From Candidatus Yanofskybacteria bacterium RIFCSPHIGHO2_01_FULL_41_26 (GTDB lineage: Bacteria; Patescibacteriota; Minisyncoccia; 2-02-FULL-40-12; GWA2-44-9): a stretch of 64,000 nt of DNA. Made by a program: the position numbers and the translations under genes. The DNA lies in assembly GCA_001794055.1 (NCBI GenBank), contig MGJB01000015.1, positions 4,264-68,263 of the forward strand. The letters run 5' to 3'. Positions 25,912 to 36,522 of the stretch are shown piece after piece. Under the pieces are notes generated by a model. It was not told where the DNA came from. It did not search any database and saw only the letters and a list, made by a program, of their open reading frames with translations. The first letter of the stretch is position 1; each line of letters begins with the position of its first letter.

Positions 25912-28740
25912 TTAATTACACACCCCTGTCGTGGCGAAACAATTTGGGCATGAATAGCATGAGCCGGCGCGAACCATGAGCGTTCCACATTGGACGCAAG
26001 CTGGAGCATCTGCAATTAAAACATGTCCGGGGGCCTTGTTGTTTCCGCCAACAGAAGTAGAAGCAAGAGGCTTAGAAACCAGTTCAGCAAGCAACGAATC
26101 ACTCTTAGATTCATGGGCAACCGCCTCTTTTATCTCAACGGGCTCCATGGAAGCATGATCGGGTCCGAATAATTCTTCTCTATCCTCCGGCTTCAGATAT
26201 TTCATTCCTAAATATCTGAAAACATAATCCGTTACGGATTTAGCTGTTGGAATGTTCGGATTATTCGTAAAACCGGCAGGATCAAATCTTACGTCTTTAA
26301 ATTTTCTCACCAGTGTCTTTAGAGGGACTCCGGATTGAAGACAGACTGATATAAGCGTAGCAATAGTATTGAACAATCCTGATATTGTGCTCCCCTCTTT
26401 GGCCGCGATTAAAAATGTTTCTCCGGGTTTCATGGTATCGGGATAGAATCCGACCGTAAGATAACTTTCAAACCCTCCGACATTGAATTTATGAGTGATA
26501 GATGGTCTTTCGTCGGGTAGTTTAATTCTCGTATAGCCGTTAACTTTTTCTATAAATTGATTGTTCTCTTCTTTTTTGGTGTTTAAGGGTTGGATTGATT
26601 TGGAACCGTCGCGATATACAGCGATAGCTTTCAATCCTAAACGCCAGCCCTCCATGAAAACATTTTTAATATCATCCACCATGGCCTCAGCCGGCAAATT
26701 GACGGTCTTAGATATCGCTCCGGAAATAAACGGTTGAGCGGCGGCCATCATTTTCACATGGCCCATATAATGAATACTTCTCTTACCGTTTTGGGCTTTG
26801 AACGAGCAGTCAAAAACTGATATGTGTTCCTCTTTCAAATGTGGAGCGCCTTCTATGGTTTCTTTTTCCAATAAGTAGTTGGATATTTCTTCTGTCTGTT
26901 CATTTGAATAGCCCAATCTCCTCAAAGACAAGGGGATGTGATTATTAACCAGCTTCAAAGTGCCTCCTCCAACCAGCTTCTTATATTTAACGAGAGCAAG
27001 TTCCGGCTCGATCCCAGTAGTATCGCAATCCATTAAAAAAGCAATTGTTCCGGTCGGTGCCAATACTGTCATTTGGGAATTTCGTATGCCATACTTCCTT
27101 CCAAGATCCAAAGCATCGTGCCACACAAGACGGGAAACCGTCTGCAAATCTCTATCTTCAACTCCCAATATTTCTGAAGCTTCAAATAATTTTTCCGACT
27201 CGCCAAGATGTTTTGCCACAACTCTCAATGTTGGTTCACGATTTAATTCATATCCAGCAAAAGGCCCTTTAATATCCGATAAAACAGCCGACATTCTGTA
27301 AGCCTCTCCGCACATTAGAGATGTTATTTGGCCAGCCAGAATCCTTCCTTTTTCCGAGTCATAAGGAAGACCTAAAACCATTAAGGTTGCTCCAAGATTT
27401 GCGTAGCCTAGACCAAGTTGTCGAAAATTTCTAGAATTTTCACCTATCTTTTCTGTTGGATACGAGGCGTTGTCTACAATTATATCCTGAGCGGTAATCA
27501 TTACATCAACCGCCTTTCGAAACAATTCAACATCAAATTTTCCGCCCATTTTCAAAAATTTAACCAAATTCAAAGAAGCCAGGTTACAAGCGCTATTATC
27601 CAAATGCATATATTCACTACACGGATTGGAAGCGTTTATTCTTCCCGTATTAGGGCAAGTGTGCCATTCATTAATAGTAGTATCATACTGCATGCCCGGA
27701 TCAGCACTATGCCAGGCCGCATCGGCAATCCAGTCCATCAATTCTCTTGCTTTTATAGTTTCCACAATTCCACCGGTAGTAACGCCGATTAAGTTCCAAT
27801 AGCCATCAGCTTGCACCGCTCTCATGAATTCATCATTCACCCTGACTGAGTTATTGGCGTTCTGATATGGCAACAATGTGTAGGGATCAAAAATGTCAGC
27901 AGTAATTGAATCTTTAATTCCGCTGCTGATAAGCGCTTTGGTCATATCCTCAATTATTTTTTTGCAATAAACAAAATTCTTTATATCTGGGTGATCGGCA
28001 TTCAAAACAACCATCTTAGCTGCCCGCCGAGTAGTCCCGCCAGAACGAATCGAATTAGCAACTCCATCGGCCCCTTTCATAAATGAAACCGGACCGGATG
28101 AATAACCACCTTTTGACAAAGGCTCCTTGGATGAACGGAGCTTGGAAAGATTTGTACCGGCGCCAGAACCATATTTGAATATCCAACCCTCATCACGATA
28201 CCAGTCAAGAATTGATTGCATGTTGTCTTCTACGGCCAAAATAAAACAAGCTGAACACTGAGGACGTTCATGAACGCCGACATTAAACCAAATTGGACTG
28301 TTAAAGGCCGCATATTGATTTATCAATATCCAAGTCAGATCTAAAATAAAGTTTTCACAATCTTCAGATGAAGCAAAATAATCGTCTTTGAGTCCCCAGT
28401 AGCCGATCGTCTTTGCCACTCGGTCAATCATCTGTTTGGCGCTGTACTCTCTATCTTGAGTGCCAAGTTGACCTCTGAAATATTTAGAAGCGACAATATC
28501 CGTGGCCGTCTGACTCCAAAAACTTGGAACCTCAACGTCTTTCTGTTCAAAAACAACCGTTCCGTCACCTTTAGTGATCTTGGCCGTTCTTGTTTCCCAA
28601 ATAATTTCGTCATACGGATGTTTGGAACCAAAAAAACGAGGCCACTTAAGACCGCGTTCAGCTAAACCATTGTCAGTAAATAAATTTTCTTCCATGTATG
28701 TTCCACTATAGAAATTTATTCTATCTTTTTCAACCCCCAA
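25912..28740 (-). CDS. nrdJ: Class II (adenosylcobalamin-dependent) ribonucleotide reductase with C-terminal Cys-rich tail
   Basis: 942 aa; long alignment-like similarity to NrdJ-type RNR; C-terminus CVQCGTLMVRAGSCYSCPNC. Confidence 0.85.
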   Translation of the reverse strand: MGVEKDRINFYSGTYMEENLFTDNGLAERGLKWPRFFGSKHPYDEIIWETRTAKITKGDGTVVFEQKDVEVPSFWSQTATDIVASKYFRGQLGTQDREYSAKQMIDRVAKTIGYWGLKDDYFASSEDCENFILDLTWILINQYAAFNSPIWFNVGVHERPQCSACFILAVEDNMQSILDWYRDEGWIFKYGSGAGTNLSKLRSSKEPLSKGGYSSGPVSFMKGADGVANSIRSGGTTRRAAKMVVLNADHPDIKNFVYCKKIIEDMTKALISSGIKDSITADIFDPYTLLPYQNANNSVRVNDEFMRAVQADGYWNLIGVTTGGIVETIKARELMDWIADAAWHSADPGMQYDTTINEWHTCPNTGRINASNPCSEYMHLDNSACNLASLNLVKFLKMGGKFDVELFRKAVDVMITAQDIIVDNASYPTEKIGENSRNFRQLGLGYANLGATLMVLGLPYDSEKGRILAGQITSLMCGEAYRMSAVLSDIKGPFAGYELNREPTLRVVAKHLGESEKLFEASEILGVEDRDLQTVSRLVWHDALDLGRKYGIRNSQMTVLAPTGTIAFLMDCDTTGIEPELALVKYKKLVGGGTLKLVNNHIPLSLRRLGYSNEQTEEISNYLLEKETIEGAPHLKEEHISVFDCSFKAQNGKRSIHYMGHVKMMAAAQPFISGAISKTVNLPAEAMVDDIKNVFMEGWRLGLKAIAVYRDGSKSIQPLNTKKEENNQFIEKVNGYTRIKLPDERPSITHKFNVGGFESYLTVGFYPDTMKPGETFLIAAKEGSTISGLFNTIATLISVCLQSGVPLKTLVRKFKDVRFDPAGFTNNPNIPTAKSVTDYVFRYLGMKYLKPEDREELFGPDHASMEPVEIKEAVAHESKSDSLLAELVSKPLASTSVGGNNKAPGHVLIADAPACVQCGTLMVRAGSCYSCPNCFATTGVCN

Positions 28741-28993
28741 AAAAAGTTGATAAGTTGCGAAAACAAACAGACTCGCTCCGCCCTACACCTTATTTCAGCC
28801 CGTTACGATTGCTCCAGCGGCAATCTCCACTTGTCCTCACGACGGCGGGTTCTTCTGTCGTCTCATACTGTGCTTAGATTATCATATTCACATGACGGAA
28901 AGCCTGAACCTTGAATAAATTTTATAACCTACTCCTTCAGAACACCAAGCCCGCCTGTTGCGGGTCTGAAATAAGATGCCGGGCTGCGCTTAA
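28741..28993 (-). other. ~250-nt GC-rich structured 5' leader of nrdJ
   Basis: Long-range pairing cttatttcag ... ctgaaataag (10 bp) plus several internal hairpins (acccgc aaca ggcggg; gattgc...gcaatc). Confidence 0.5.
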
Positions 28994-29512
28994 CTAAATA
29001 CTATTTTCTTTGAGTGCTTTCTCTATGATTTTATTAATAAATTCTGTTTTGCCTGAATTGTATTTATCAAAATCATCTACAAACTCCTCTGCCAGTCGTA
29101 TTTTAAGTTCTTCATAATTTTTTCTAGCCTCGGAATTATTTCTTAGATAATCTCTAAACAATATGTGGTCGCGCCAATATATACTGGTAGGTTCAGTAAG
29201 AGACAGATGATACCAAAGATTCGGAGTTCTTTTTTGGAAGAACTTTCTGTCTGGAGTTTGTTGTTCAAGCTCCGGTGCATATTTATATTCCAAAGTTTCC
29301 AGAGATTCTATATATTTTTTAACAGCATTCAAATTATTAACAGCAGCCATCATATCTATAACCGGTTTTGAATCTAATCCCGGTATGGCAGTGCTCCCCA
29401 TATGCTCTATTCTCAAATCTCCAATTACAGAAATAATTTTCTGTTTTTCTTCTTCAAATAACCTTGGCCAATCTTTAGAGTATTTATCCAGTTTAATTGT
29501 CTTGAGTCCCAT
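28994..29512 (-). CDS. GrpB/UPF0157 family nucleotidyltransferase-like protein
   Basis: 172 aa; GrpB-like N-term (KDWPRLFEEEKQKI...EHMGSTAIPGL). Confidence 0.65.
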   Translation of the reverse strand: MGLKTIKLDKYSKDWPRLFEEEKQKIISVIGDLRIEHMGSTAIPGLDSKPVIDMMAAVNNLNAVKKYIESLETLEYKYAPELEQQTPDRKFFQKRTPNLWYHLSLTEPTSIYWRDHILFRDYLRNNSEARKNYEELKIRLAEEFVDDFDKYNSGKTEFINKIIEKALKENSI

Positions 29513-29836
29513 TAATGTATCTTATATTTCCTATCCCTGAAAGTCTATAGAATACTTAATTGATGTTCAAAACCGAGCTTTGAACATTCTATTTAAAAAC
29601 TCACTGCGTTTTCCAAGTTTGAGACAAAAGCGAAAACCATAACACTTTTTACATACCCGCAGGCGAGTCATGAACTGAAAGACGGACAACAAAGAGTCCG
29701 AAGTAATAGGTCAAACGTCGAGTGAAACGAGGAGGCAAGTGCGGGTTACCTGTTATTTTGGTAACTCTTTACAGACATCTTGAGGTGAATGACGAAGACG
29801 AGGACTGGATGGAAAAAGTGTTATGGCTGAAGTGAC

Positions 29837-30991
29837 TTATTTATTCATCTTTCTTCGAATGAAAGCCGGAATATCAAATTCTTCGTCATTCACCGAAGAA
29901 TCTACGAGTTCTTTGACTGCGGGTGTGCCGTTAATTTGGGAACTGGGTTTTCTGGAAACATTATCAAACATATTTTGCATGTTTGGTTTTCCTACCATTC
30001 CGTTCATTGGTAATTTGGGAGCATTTGGATAGCCGTTATTAAATCCTGTCGCCACAACAGTAACTTTCAATTCGCCTTTTTTGAGTTTGTCATCTATGAC
30101 CGCCCCAAAAATTACCCTGGCATCAGGATCAATGTGTTCGGTTATTATTCTAGCAGCTTCATTTATTTCAGCCATCGCCATATCAGTCCCCCCGGATACA
30201 TTGAATAATACTCCGCGAGCCCCATCTATCGAAACCTCGAGCAGCGGAGAATTGATCGCCATCTTGGCAGCTTCTATCGCTCTATCCTCCCCGATTGATT
30301 TACCTATGCCCATAAGCGCCGAGCCAGAACTGGCCATGATCGTTTTAACGTCGGCAAAATCAACATTGATTATCCCCGGGATAGTTATCAGATCGGAAAT
30401 ACCCTGAACGCCCTGCCTCAAAACATCATCTACTATCCCGAACGATTCCAGTAAAGGAGTTTTTCTGTCTATAACCGACAAGAGCCGATCGTTAGGAATG
30501 GTGATTAAAGCATCCACTTTTTCCCTCAAAATATTCCACCCATCTTCGGCTATTCTTGATCTTTGGGGCCCTTCAAAACTGAAAGGTTTGGTCACAACGG
30601 CTACTGTTAGCGCTCCGACATCTTTTGCAATATCCGCAACCACCGGCGAAGCTCCCGTTCCTGTTCCACCACCCATTCCTGCCGTAATAAAAACCATATC
30701 GGCACCTTTTAGGGCATTCATTATTTCTTCTTTCGTGTCTTCGGCAGCTTGCTTGCCTATTTCAGGATTCATTCCCGCGCCAAGACCGCGGGTTAAACTT
30801 TTTCCGATGTGGATTTTACTTGTGGCAGCGCTGTTGTGCAAAGCTTGCGCGTCGGTATTAATAGCAATAAATTCTACGCCATGAATTCTGGCTTCAATCA
30901 TCCTTGCCAAAGCATTGCAACCTGAACCGCCTACGCCGACGACTTTAATCCTGGCAAATGTTTCAAACGGAGGTTTAACTATTTGTCCCAT
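29837..30991 (-). CDS. ftsZ: Cell division GTPase FtsZ
   Basis: 384 aa; GGGTGTG tubulin signature. Confidence 0.97.
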   Translation of the reverse strand: MGQIVKPPFETFARIKVVGVGGSGCNALARMIEARIHGVEFIAINTDAQALHNSAATSKIHIGKSLTRGLGAGMNPEIGKQAAEDTKEEIMNALKGADMVFITAGMGGGTGTGASPVVADIAKDVGALTVAVVTKPFSFEGPQRSRIAEDGWNILREKVDALITIPNDRLLSVIDRKTPLLESFGIVDDVLRQGVQGISDLITIPGIINVDFADVKTIMASSGSALMGIGKSIGEDRAIEAAKMAINSPLLEVSIDGARGVLFNVSGGTDMAMAEINEAARIITEHIDPDARVIFGAVIDDKLKKGELKVTVVATGFNNGYPNAPKLPMNGMVGKPNMQNMFDNVSRKPSSQINGTPAVKELVDSSVNDEEFDIPAFIRRKMNK

Positions 30992-31064
30992 AATATCTGT
31001 GTATTATCATAAATAAAAAAGCCACGCAAGAGACCGGAGCTTCGCTGTGGATAACTTTGGCCTA

Positions 31065-32312
31065 CTACGGCGAGAAATTTTTTAACCAACTCAATACCTT
31101 CTTAAATGAAGCCCCATCGGCAAACTTGCCGTTTCCACCCTTGGAACCTTTGTTTCCATTAAACTCTTCATCTATTCCCCAGATTATCAGTCCAGCCGCA
31201 ACAGCAAAAGAGGGGCCATCCAAATTATCAACTACTCCCGCCAGATTTAAAGGCTTAGCGATTCTTACGGGCAATCTCAATTTGTCTTTCACCATAGCCG
31301 CAAGGCCTGGTAAATTTGCCCCTCCTCCGGATAAAACAACTCCGGCCGGAAGCATTCCTTTGGAAATCTTCTTTAATTCATTAGTCACCATTTCCAATAA
31401 CTCTTGAGCGCGCGCATCAACAACTCTTATTAATTGTTTTCGAGGCAGAATAAAATCTTTTTCCGACATCAATTCAGACAAATCTATATTCCCTCTTTTA
31501 CGCAAGTCCTCTCCTTCTGAAGTCATTCCGTGTTCAACCTTTACTCTTTCGGCAACATCCATTGAAGTTCTTAACGCAACAGCCAGATCAGAGGTAATGT
31601 GTTTTGAACCAACCGGCAAAATAACACTGTGAAGCAGATCGGCCTCTTCAAAAACAGTAAGCGTAGAAATGCCTCCTCCAAAGTCAAGATTCAAAACTCC
31701 ATATTCTTTTTGGTTTTTATCCAAAACCGCAAGAGACGAGGCCAAAGGAGCAAAAACCAATCCGGCCACTTCTATATTATTTTCATTTACACACTTAGCG
31801 ACATTTCTTAAATAAGGAGAAAGCCCATCAATTATAAAAACCTCTGCCTCGAGGCGAACACCTTTCATCCCCAATGGATTTTTAACATATTCAGTTCCAT
31901 CTACTATATAGTTGCGCGGTATAACATGAATTATCTCTCTGTTAGCCGGCAAACTCACAACCGATGCCGCTTGTAAAACTCTGTCAATGTCATTCTGCGA
32001 TATTTCCCCATCAATCCGTGAAACGGCAATAACTCCTCGGGATATTTGATTTTTGATATGAAGCCCGTTCACGGCAAGATAAGCTCTCCTGATCTTGGCG
32101 CCGGCCATCGCTTCGGCTCTCTGGACAGCCGCTTGAACATTGTTAATTGTTTCCTCCATATCAACTACCATGCCCCGCCTTAAACCATTTGAAATGGCAC
32201 TGCCAATTCCTAAAATCTCGGTCGCCAAAGTATCGCGGTCTATTTTTGCGACTACTACTTTGATTTGCGAGTTTCCTATGTCAATTCCGGAGATTATATA
32301 TGGTCTTGCCAT
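31065..32312 (-). CDS. ftsA: Cell division protein FtsA
   Basis: 415 aa actin-like ATPase upstream of ftsZ. Confidence 0.9.
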   Translation of the reverse strand: MARPYIISGIDIGNSQIKVVVAKIDRDTLATEILGIGSAISNGLRRGMVVDMEETINNVQAAVQRAEAMAGAKIRRAYLAVNGLHIKNQISRGVIAVSRIDGEISQNDIDRVLQAASVVSLPANREIIHVIPRNYIVDGTEYVKNPLGMKGVRLEAEVFIIDGLSPYLRNVAKCVNENNIEVAGLVFAPLASSLAVLDKNQKEYGVLNLDFGGGISTLTVFEEADLLHSVILPVGSKHITSDLAVALRTSMDVAERVKVEHGMTSEGEDLRKRGNIDLSELMSEKDFILPRKQLIRVVDARAQELLEMVTNELKKISKGMLPAGVVLSGGGANLPGLAAMVKDKLRLPVRIAKPLNLAGVVDNLDGPSFAVAAGLIIWGIDEEFNGNKGSKGGNGKFADGASFKKVLSWLKNFSP

Positions 32313-32746
32313 TTTTCTAAAATTTTATTTTCCAAATCGAACATTTTTTTCTTGTCACTGATGGATTTCTCATGATCATAGCCCAATAAATGTAAGAATC
32401 CATGTATTGTCAGCCGTACCAATTCTTTTTTCAAACTAATATTTTGTCTTTCCGCTTCCTTAACTGCAAAAGGCAGACAAATAAATATGTCCCCTAAAGG
32501 AAGTATACCATATTTTTTAAATCGCGACTCTTCCAGCGGAAAAGACAACACATCAGTAACTTCATTTTTACCCCGATATTGCTTATTGAGTTTTTTTATC
32601 TTCACTTCTCCCACCAAATTAAGACTCATCTCCACATTTTTGTCTTTTATTCTAACTTCTTTGATTCCCGTACTCAAAATCTCACTAAAAAACCTATCGC
32701 CGGGAGATTTGTCTGATGTATTGTTTTTGAAAACTAAATCTAACAT
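32294..32746 (-). CDS. ybeY: rRNA maturation endoribonuclease YbeY
   Basis: HGFLHLLGYDHE metal-binding motif. Confidence 0.88.
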   Translation of the reverse strand: MLDLVFKNNTSDKSPGDRFFSEILSTGIKEVRIKDKNVEMSLNLVGEVKIKKLNKQYRGKNEVTDVLSFPLEESRFKKYGILPLGDIFICLPFAVKEAERQNISLKKELVRLTIHGFLHLLGYDHEKSISDKKKMFDLENKILEKWQDHI

Positions 32747-32806
32747 CAGGAAGATTTTATCACACTAAATAAAAAATCACCACAGACATGGCGATTTTTT
32801 ATTTAG

Positions 32807-33250
32807 TTATTTAGATAATTCTTCTTTCACTATCCGACTAACTATTTGACCGTCGGCTTTGCCTTTTACCTTGACCATTACTGCTCCGATTAGCTTGCCC
32901 ATTTCTTTAACATCTTTCACGCTCATGTCGGCAATTGTTTTCTTGACCTCACTTCTTACATTTTCTTCCGACATTTGCTCCGGCATATAAGCCATTAACA
33001 TTTCGGCTTCTTTTCTTTCTCCTTCGGCAAGCTCTGGTCGTCCGCCTTTTTCATATTGTTCTGTGGCATCTTTTCTTTTTTTTATCTCCGACGCAATAAC
33101 CGCCACCACATCATCGTCGTTAAGCTCGCTTCTTTTTTCAATCTCTTTATTTTTAACCGCAGACAAAACCATACCCAGTAAAGTTCTTTTCTGAGAATTA
33201 CCGCTCTTTAAAGCATCCTTCATTTCCTGTTGGATTTTTTCTTTTAACAT
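32807..33250 (-). CDS. GatB/YqeY domain protein
   Basis: 147 aa; YqeY-like N-term and helical architecture. Confidence 0.7.
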   Translation of the reverse strand: MLKEKIQQEMKDALKSGNSQKRTLLGMVLSAVKNKEIEKRSELNDDDVVAVIASEIKKRKDATEQYEKGGRPELAEGERKEAEMLMAYMPEQMSEENVRSEVKKTIADMSVKDVKEMGKLIGAVMVKVKGKADGQIVSRIVKEELSK

Positions 33251-33251
33251 T

Positions 33252-33518
33252 TTATAGATCTAATTTTTGTTTCATTTTGCGTTTCTCTTCTTCAAAGGTA
33301 TCTTCATCGTATTTGCCTAATTTTTCCAATTTCCTTCTTAGCTCGCTTAGATGCAAACCCATGATAGCAGCATTTTTTTCTTTTCTTTCGGTTTGTTTCT
33401 TTTCCCTGTGCTGAGATTTTTTAGCTTTAATCAAAACTCCGCTTTGCTGAACAAAACGATTAAAACGCCTTAATAAACTGCCCACGCTTTCATTTGGTTT
33501 TCTTTTTACTTCAACCAT
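33252..33518 (-). CDS. rpsU: 30S ribosomal protein S21 with C-terminal extension
   Basis: LRRFNRFVQQSGVL resembles S21 LRRFKR...GVL core. Confidence 0.75.
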   Translation of the reverse strand: MVEVKRKPNESVGSLLRRFNRFVQQSGVLIKAKKSQHREKKQTERKEKNAAIMGLHLSELRRKLEKLGKYDEDTFEEEKRKMKQKLDL

Positions 33519-33604
33519 AATTAACCTCCCCTCAAATGCTGTATATAGTATACAGTATTTTGTATTCAGTATAAAAATTTATACGAAACACAAGAGACTA
33601 AACA

Positions 33605-34024
33605 CTATTTTACGATTTTCGAACCAAGAGGTTTACCACCCAAAAGATGGATATGAAGATGAGAGACGAGTTTACCGCCATGCTCACCTTCGTTGATAAT
33701 GAGTCGGTAACCTTTTTCGTGAACGCCTAATTGTTTTGCAACTTTTTCGGCGACAAGAAGCGCTTGACCTAAAAGTGCCGCATCCTTTTGGTTGAAATCA
33801 TGAAGAGCTTCATAATGCTTCTTGGGAACAACAAGCACGTGCACCGGGGCTTGAGGATTAATATCCCTTATCACCCAAAACTCCTCGTCCTTATAAACAA
33901 CGTCGGCCTTCAACTCTCCTTTTATGATTTTACAGAAGACATCCTGTATCATAAGTTTTCGGAGAAATCGTAGAGATAGGGGTTTTGAAACCATCTGCAG
34001 GCGAGCGGGCAAGGTGGTCGCCAC
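33605..34024 (-). CDS. HIT family hydrolase
   Basis: HLHIHLLGG histidine triad. Confidence 0.88.
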   Translation of the reverse strand: MATTLPARLQMVSKPLSLRFLRKLMIQDVFCKIIKGELKADVVYKDEEFWVIRDINPQAPVHVLVVPKKHYEALHDFNQKDAALLGQALLVAEKVAKQLGVHEKGYRLIINEGEHGGKLVSHLHIHLLGGKPLGSKIVK

Positions 34025-34075
34025 AGGCGACCGGGCGAGCCGAAGCCGAACTGGAATTCTCGCCGGGAATTCCAG
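33990..34075 (+). repeat. Family-A GC-rich two-hairpin repeat (copy 3)
   Basis: accatctgcaggcgagcgggcaagg-[ggtcgcc aca ggcgacc]-gggcgagccgaagccgaa-[ctggaattc tcgccgg gaattccag]. Confidence 0.75.
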
Positions 34076-34096
34076 TGTGTTGAAAAACTCTTATCT

Positions 34097-35383
34097 CTAC
34101 GACTTCAAACGTTTCTTGACTTCATCCACTATCTTTTCCAACGGAATTGTCTCCTGAATTCCCGTATCCATCTCTCTCAAAATTATTGTGTCGTCCAATG
34201 CCTCCTTTTGTCCGAATATCAAGGCAAATTTAACTTCCAGCCTATTGGCAATCCTCAATTGCGACTTGATGCTGTCGCGACCTAATGAAGATTTGGTGTC
34301 AACGCCAGCTTTCCTGAAAGATTCAAAAAGAAGAATGCTTTTTCTTTTGGCCGCTTCTCCAAGTTGAACTAGAAAAACTTTAGGCTTGGCTTTTATCTCC
34401 GGAACGGAAATGTTTTTCTCCTTAAGCTCAAGAATAATTCTTTCTATACCCGATGCCCATCCTGATGATGGAGTTTTGGAACCGCCTAAAAGTTCAATTA
34501 ATTTGTCATAACGTCCTCCAGCAACTAAAGTTGATTGAGCGCCAATATTTTCCTCCGGCAGAATTTCAAATACGGTTCTTGTATAATAGTCCAACCCTCT
34601 GACCAAATGTGGATTCAATATATACGGCACCTTGGCTTCATCTAAGAACTCCAGAACATGCTTGAAATGCGCATGGCATTCTTCGTCCAAAAAATCAACA
34701 AATTGAGGCGTCTCTTTGGAAAGTTCTTTACATGCCTCCTCTTTGCAATCAAGTAATCGCAAAATATTTTCTTTGAATCTTACCTTGCAGTTGGCGCAAG
34801 ACTTTTTGAGGCGATTTTTGTAGTAATCTTTAAGGGTTTTCAAATATGCCGGACGGCAACTCTGGTCGCCAATGCTGTTTATGTGGACATTATAATTCTT
34901 CAATCCCAAACTTTCTATAAATTTATAGGCCAAGAAAATCAACTCTGCATCCACTGCTTCGGAACTGTCGCCAACAGTCTCAACTCCCAACTGAAAAAAC
35001 TGCCTGTATCTGCCTTTTTGGGGCTGGTCATGTCTGAACATTGGACTGACATAATAAAGCTTCACGGGATGAGGCTTCACATTCATGCCGTTTTCAAGAT
35101 ACGCCCTCATAACAGCCGCTGTTCCTTCGGGCCTTAAAGTCAAACTATCTCCTCCTTTGGTTCTTAACGTATACATTTCTTTCTGAACAATATCTGTTGA
35201 CTCCCCCACTGCGCGAAAAAATAAATCTGTTGATTCCAAAACTGGTGTCTCAATTTTTTCAAAACCATAAAACTCCAGCAGGTTCTCTGCCTTTTTCAAA
35301 ACATAGCGCCAATATTTCTGGTCTTCCGGAAGTATATCCTGCATTCCTTTCGGCGCCTGGATTGTTTTTTCTTTTTTAGACAT
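34097..35383 (-). CDS. hisS: Histidyl-tRNA synthetase
   Basis: 428 aa class II aaRS with HisRS motifs. Confidence 0.93.
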   Translation of the reverse strand: MSKKEKTIQAPKGMQDILPEDQKYWRYVLKKAENLLEFYGFEKIETPVLESTDLFFRAVGESTDIVQKEMYTLRTKGGDSLTLRPEGTAAVMRAYLENGMNVKPHPVKLYYVSPMFRHDQPQKGRYRQFFQLGVETVGDSSEAVDAELIFLAYKFIESLGLKNYNVHINSIGDQSCRPAYLKTLKDYYKNRLKKSCANCKVRFKENILRLLDCKEEACKELSKETPQFVDFLDEECHAHFKHVLEFLDEAKVPYILNPHLVRGLDYYTRTVFEILPEENIGAQSTLVAGGRYDKLIELLGGSKTPSSGWASGIERIILELKEKNISVPEIKAKPKVFLVQLGEAAKRKSILLFESFRKAGVDTKSSLGRDSIKSQLRIANRLEVKFALIFGQKEALDDTIILREMDTGIQETIPLEKIVDEVKKRLKS

Positions 35384-35402
35384 TTACAAAAAATCTATGG
35401 TT

Positions 35403-35993
35403 TCAATATACTATCGATGGGATCTTAATAATTTTTGTAATCGGCCAAGGTCTTAAAAATGCTTTGCCCGTCACGAGTGATCTGTTGACCGGACCCCAGC
35501 GTCTTGAATCAGAACTTTGAAGACGATTGTCGCCCAAAACAAAGTATTCATTATCATCCAATTTAATAACGGGACCGCCAAGGGTTTTCTGTTCCGAGGC
35601 CAAGTAATTTTCATTAAGAACAAACCCATCCGGTTTGTCTTTGTTGTAAATCGTAACCATATTGTTTTTAACCTCTATGGTTTCATCTGGAAGTCCAATT
35701 ATTCGTTTTATAAAAAATTGCGATGGGTCCAGAGGATACCTGAAAACAATCACGTCACCTCTTTCTGGAACTGAGAAACGATAACTTATTTCATTGACTA
35801 AAAGATAATCCCCATCTTCAAAGTTCGGCTCCATAGAAGCCCCCTTAACAAAAAACGGCTGTACCAGATAATACCTGATCGGCAAGATTATAGCAAGCGA
35901 AACAACAACGACTTTTATTGTCTCCCAAACAAAAGCAAGAATTTCAGATTTTGCGCTGGGAATTTGAGGAATTTGCGGTTCTTCTTCGTTCAT
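35403..35993 (-). CDS. lepB: Signal peptidase I
   Basis: GASMEP catalytic Ser box, N-terminal TM. Confidence 0.88.
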   Translation of the reverse strand: MNEEEPQIPQIPSAKSEILAFVWETIKVVVVSLAIILPIRYYLVQPFFVKGASMEPNFEDGDYLLVNEISYRFSVPERGDVIVFRYPLDPSQFFIKRIIGLPDETIEVKNNMVTIYNKDKPDGFVLNENYLASEQKTLGGPVIKLDDNEYFVLGDNRLQSSDSRRWGPVNRSLVTGKAFLRPWPITKIIKIPSIVY

Positions 35994-36037
35994 TTGGTTA
36001 TTTTAACAGATTTTTCATTGAATTCAAATGTTGCTCT

Positions 36038-36142
36038 GGCCTGGGTCATTTATCGGGCACGGCATAAATTCCTGTTGGAATTTTGCCTCGTACTCACTCC
36101 GTCGAGTTCCGTAAGTCCCTCCAAACGACCCAGGCCTGCGCT
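36038..36142. repeat. Element bounded by 10-bp inverted repeat ggcctgggtc/gacccaggcc
   Basis: Read directly; interior has tatcgggcacggcat resembling motif in 16772-16930 element. Confidence 0.5.
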
Positions 36143-36185
36143 TAGTTTTATCAAACAAAAAAGCGGGCGAGATTATCGCACCGCC

Positions 36186-36476
36186 TTACTCACATATATG
36201 AGACCAGGCAACGACAGTTGCCGCTAAACCAACAACAGCAAACACCACTTGAGCTCCTCCCAGCACCCAAAACCCTACTCCTAAAAGTACAATGTTCTGC
36301 CAAAATCCCTCTGGATTTGTGAAAGATCTTGCTCCCAAGAAAATCCACACGGGAATAAGAGCAAATACCCAAATAAAAACCGTAGCCACAAGACCAATAA
36401 TAAATCTCATCGCCATACCACCGATTTTAAAAAAAATAACTTTAATTATCCTAATAGGTAAAACAGTAAAAGTCAA
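36186..36476 (-). CDS. Small hydrophobic membrane protein
   Basis: ORF only, 3 predicted TM segments. Confidence 0.45.
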   Translation of the reverse strand: MTFTVLPIRIIKVIFFKIGGMAMRFIIGLVATVFIWVFALIPVWIFLGARSFTNPEGFWQNIVLLGVGFWVLGGAQVVFAVVGLAATVVAWSHICE

Positions 36477-36522
36477 GAGCTTAAATTTTGCATTTTTTTA
36501 ATAAACCCATATTATTATAACC

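Noticed and set aside
28741-28993. Cobalamin riboswitch upstream of nrdJ
   Set aside because: Considered because the enzyme is B12-dependent and the leader is structured. I could not identify a convincing B12-box or the conserved cobalamin riboswitch core, so it is kept only as an unassigned structured leader.
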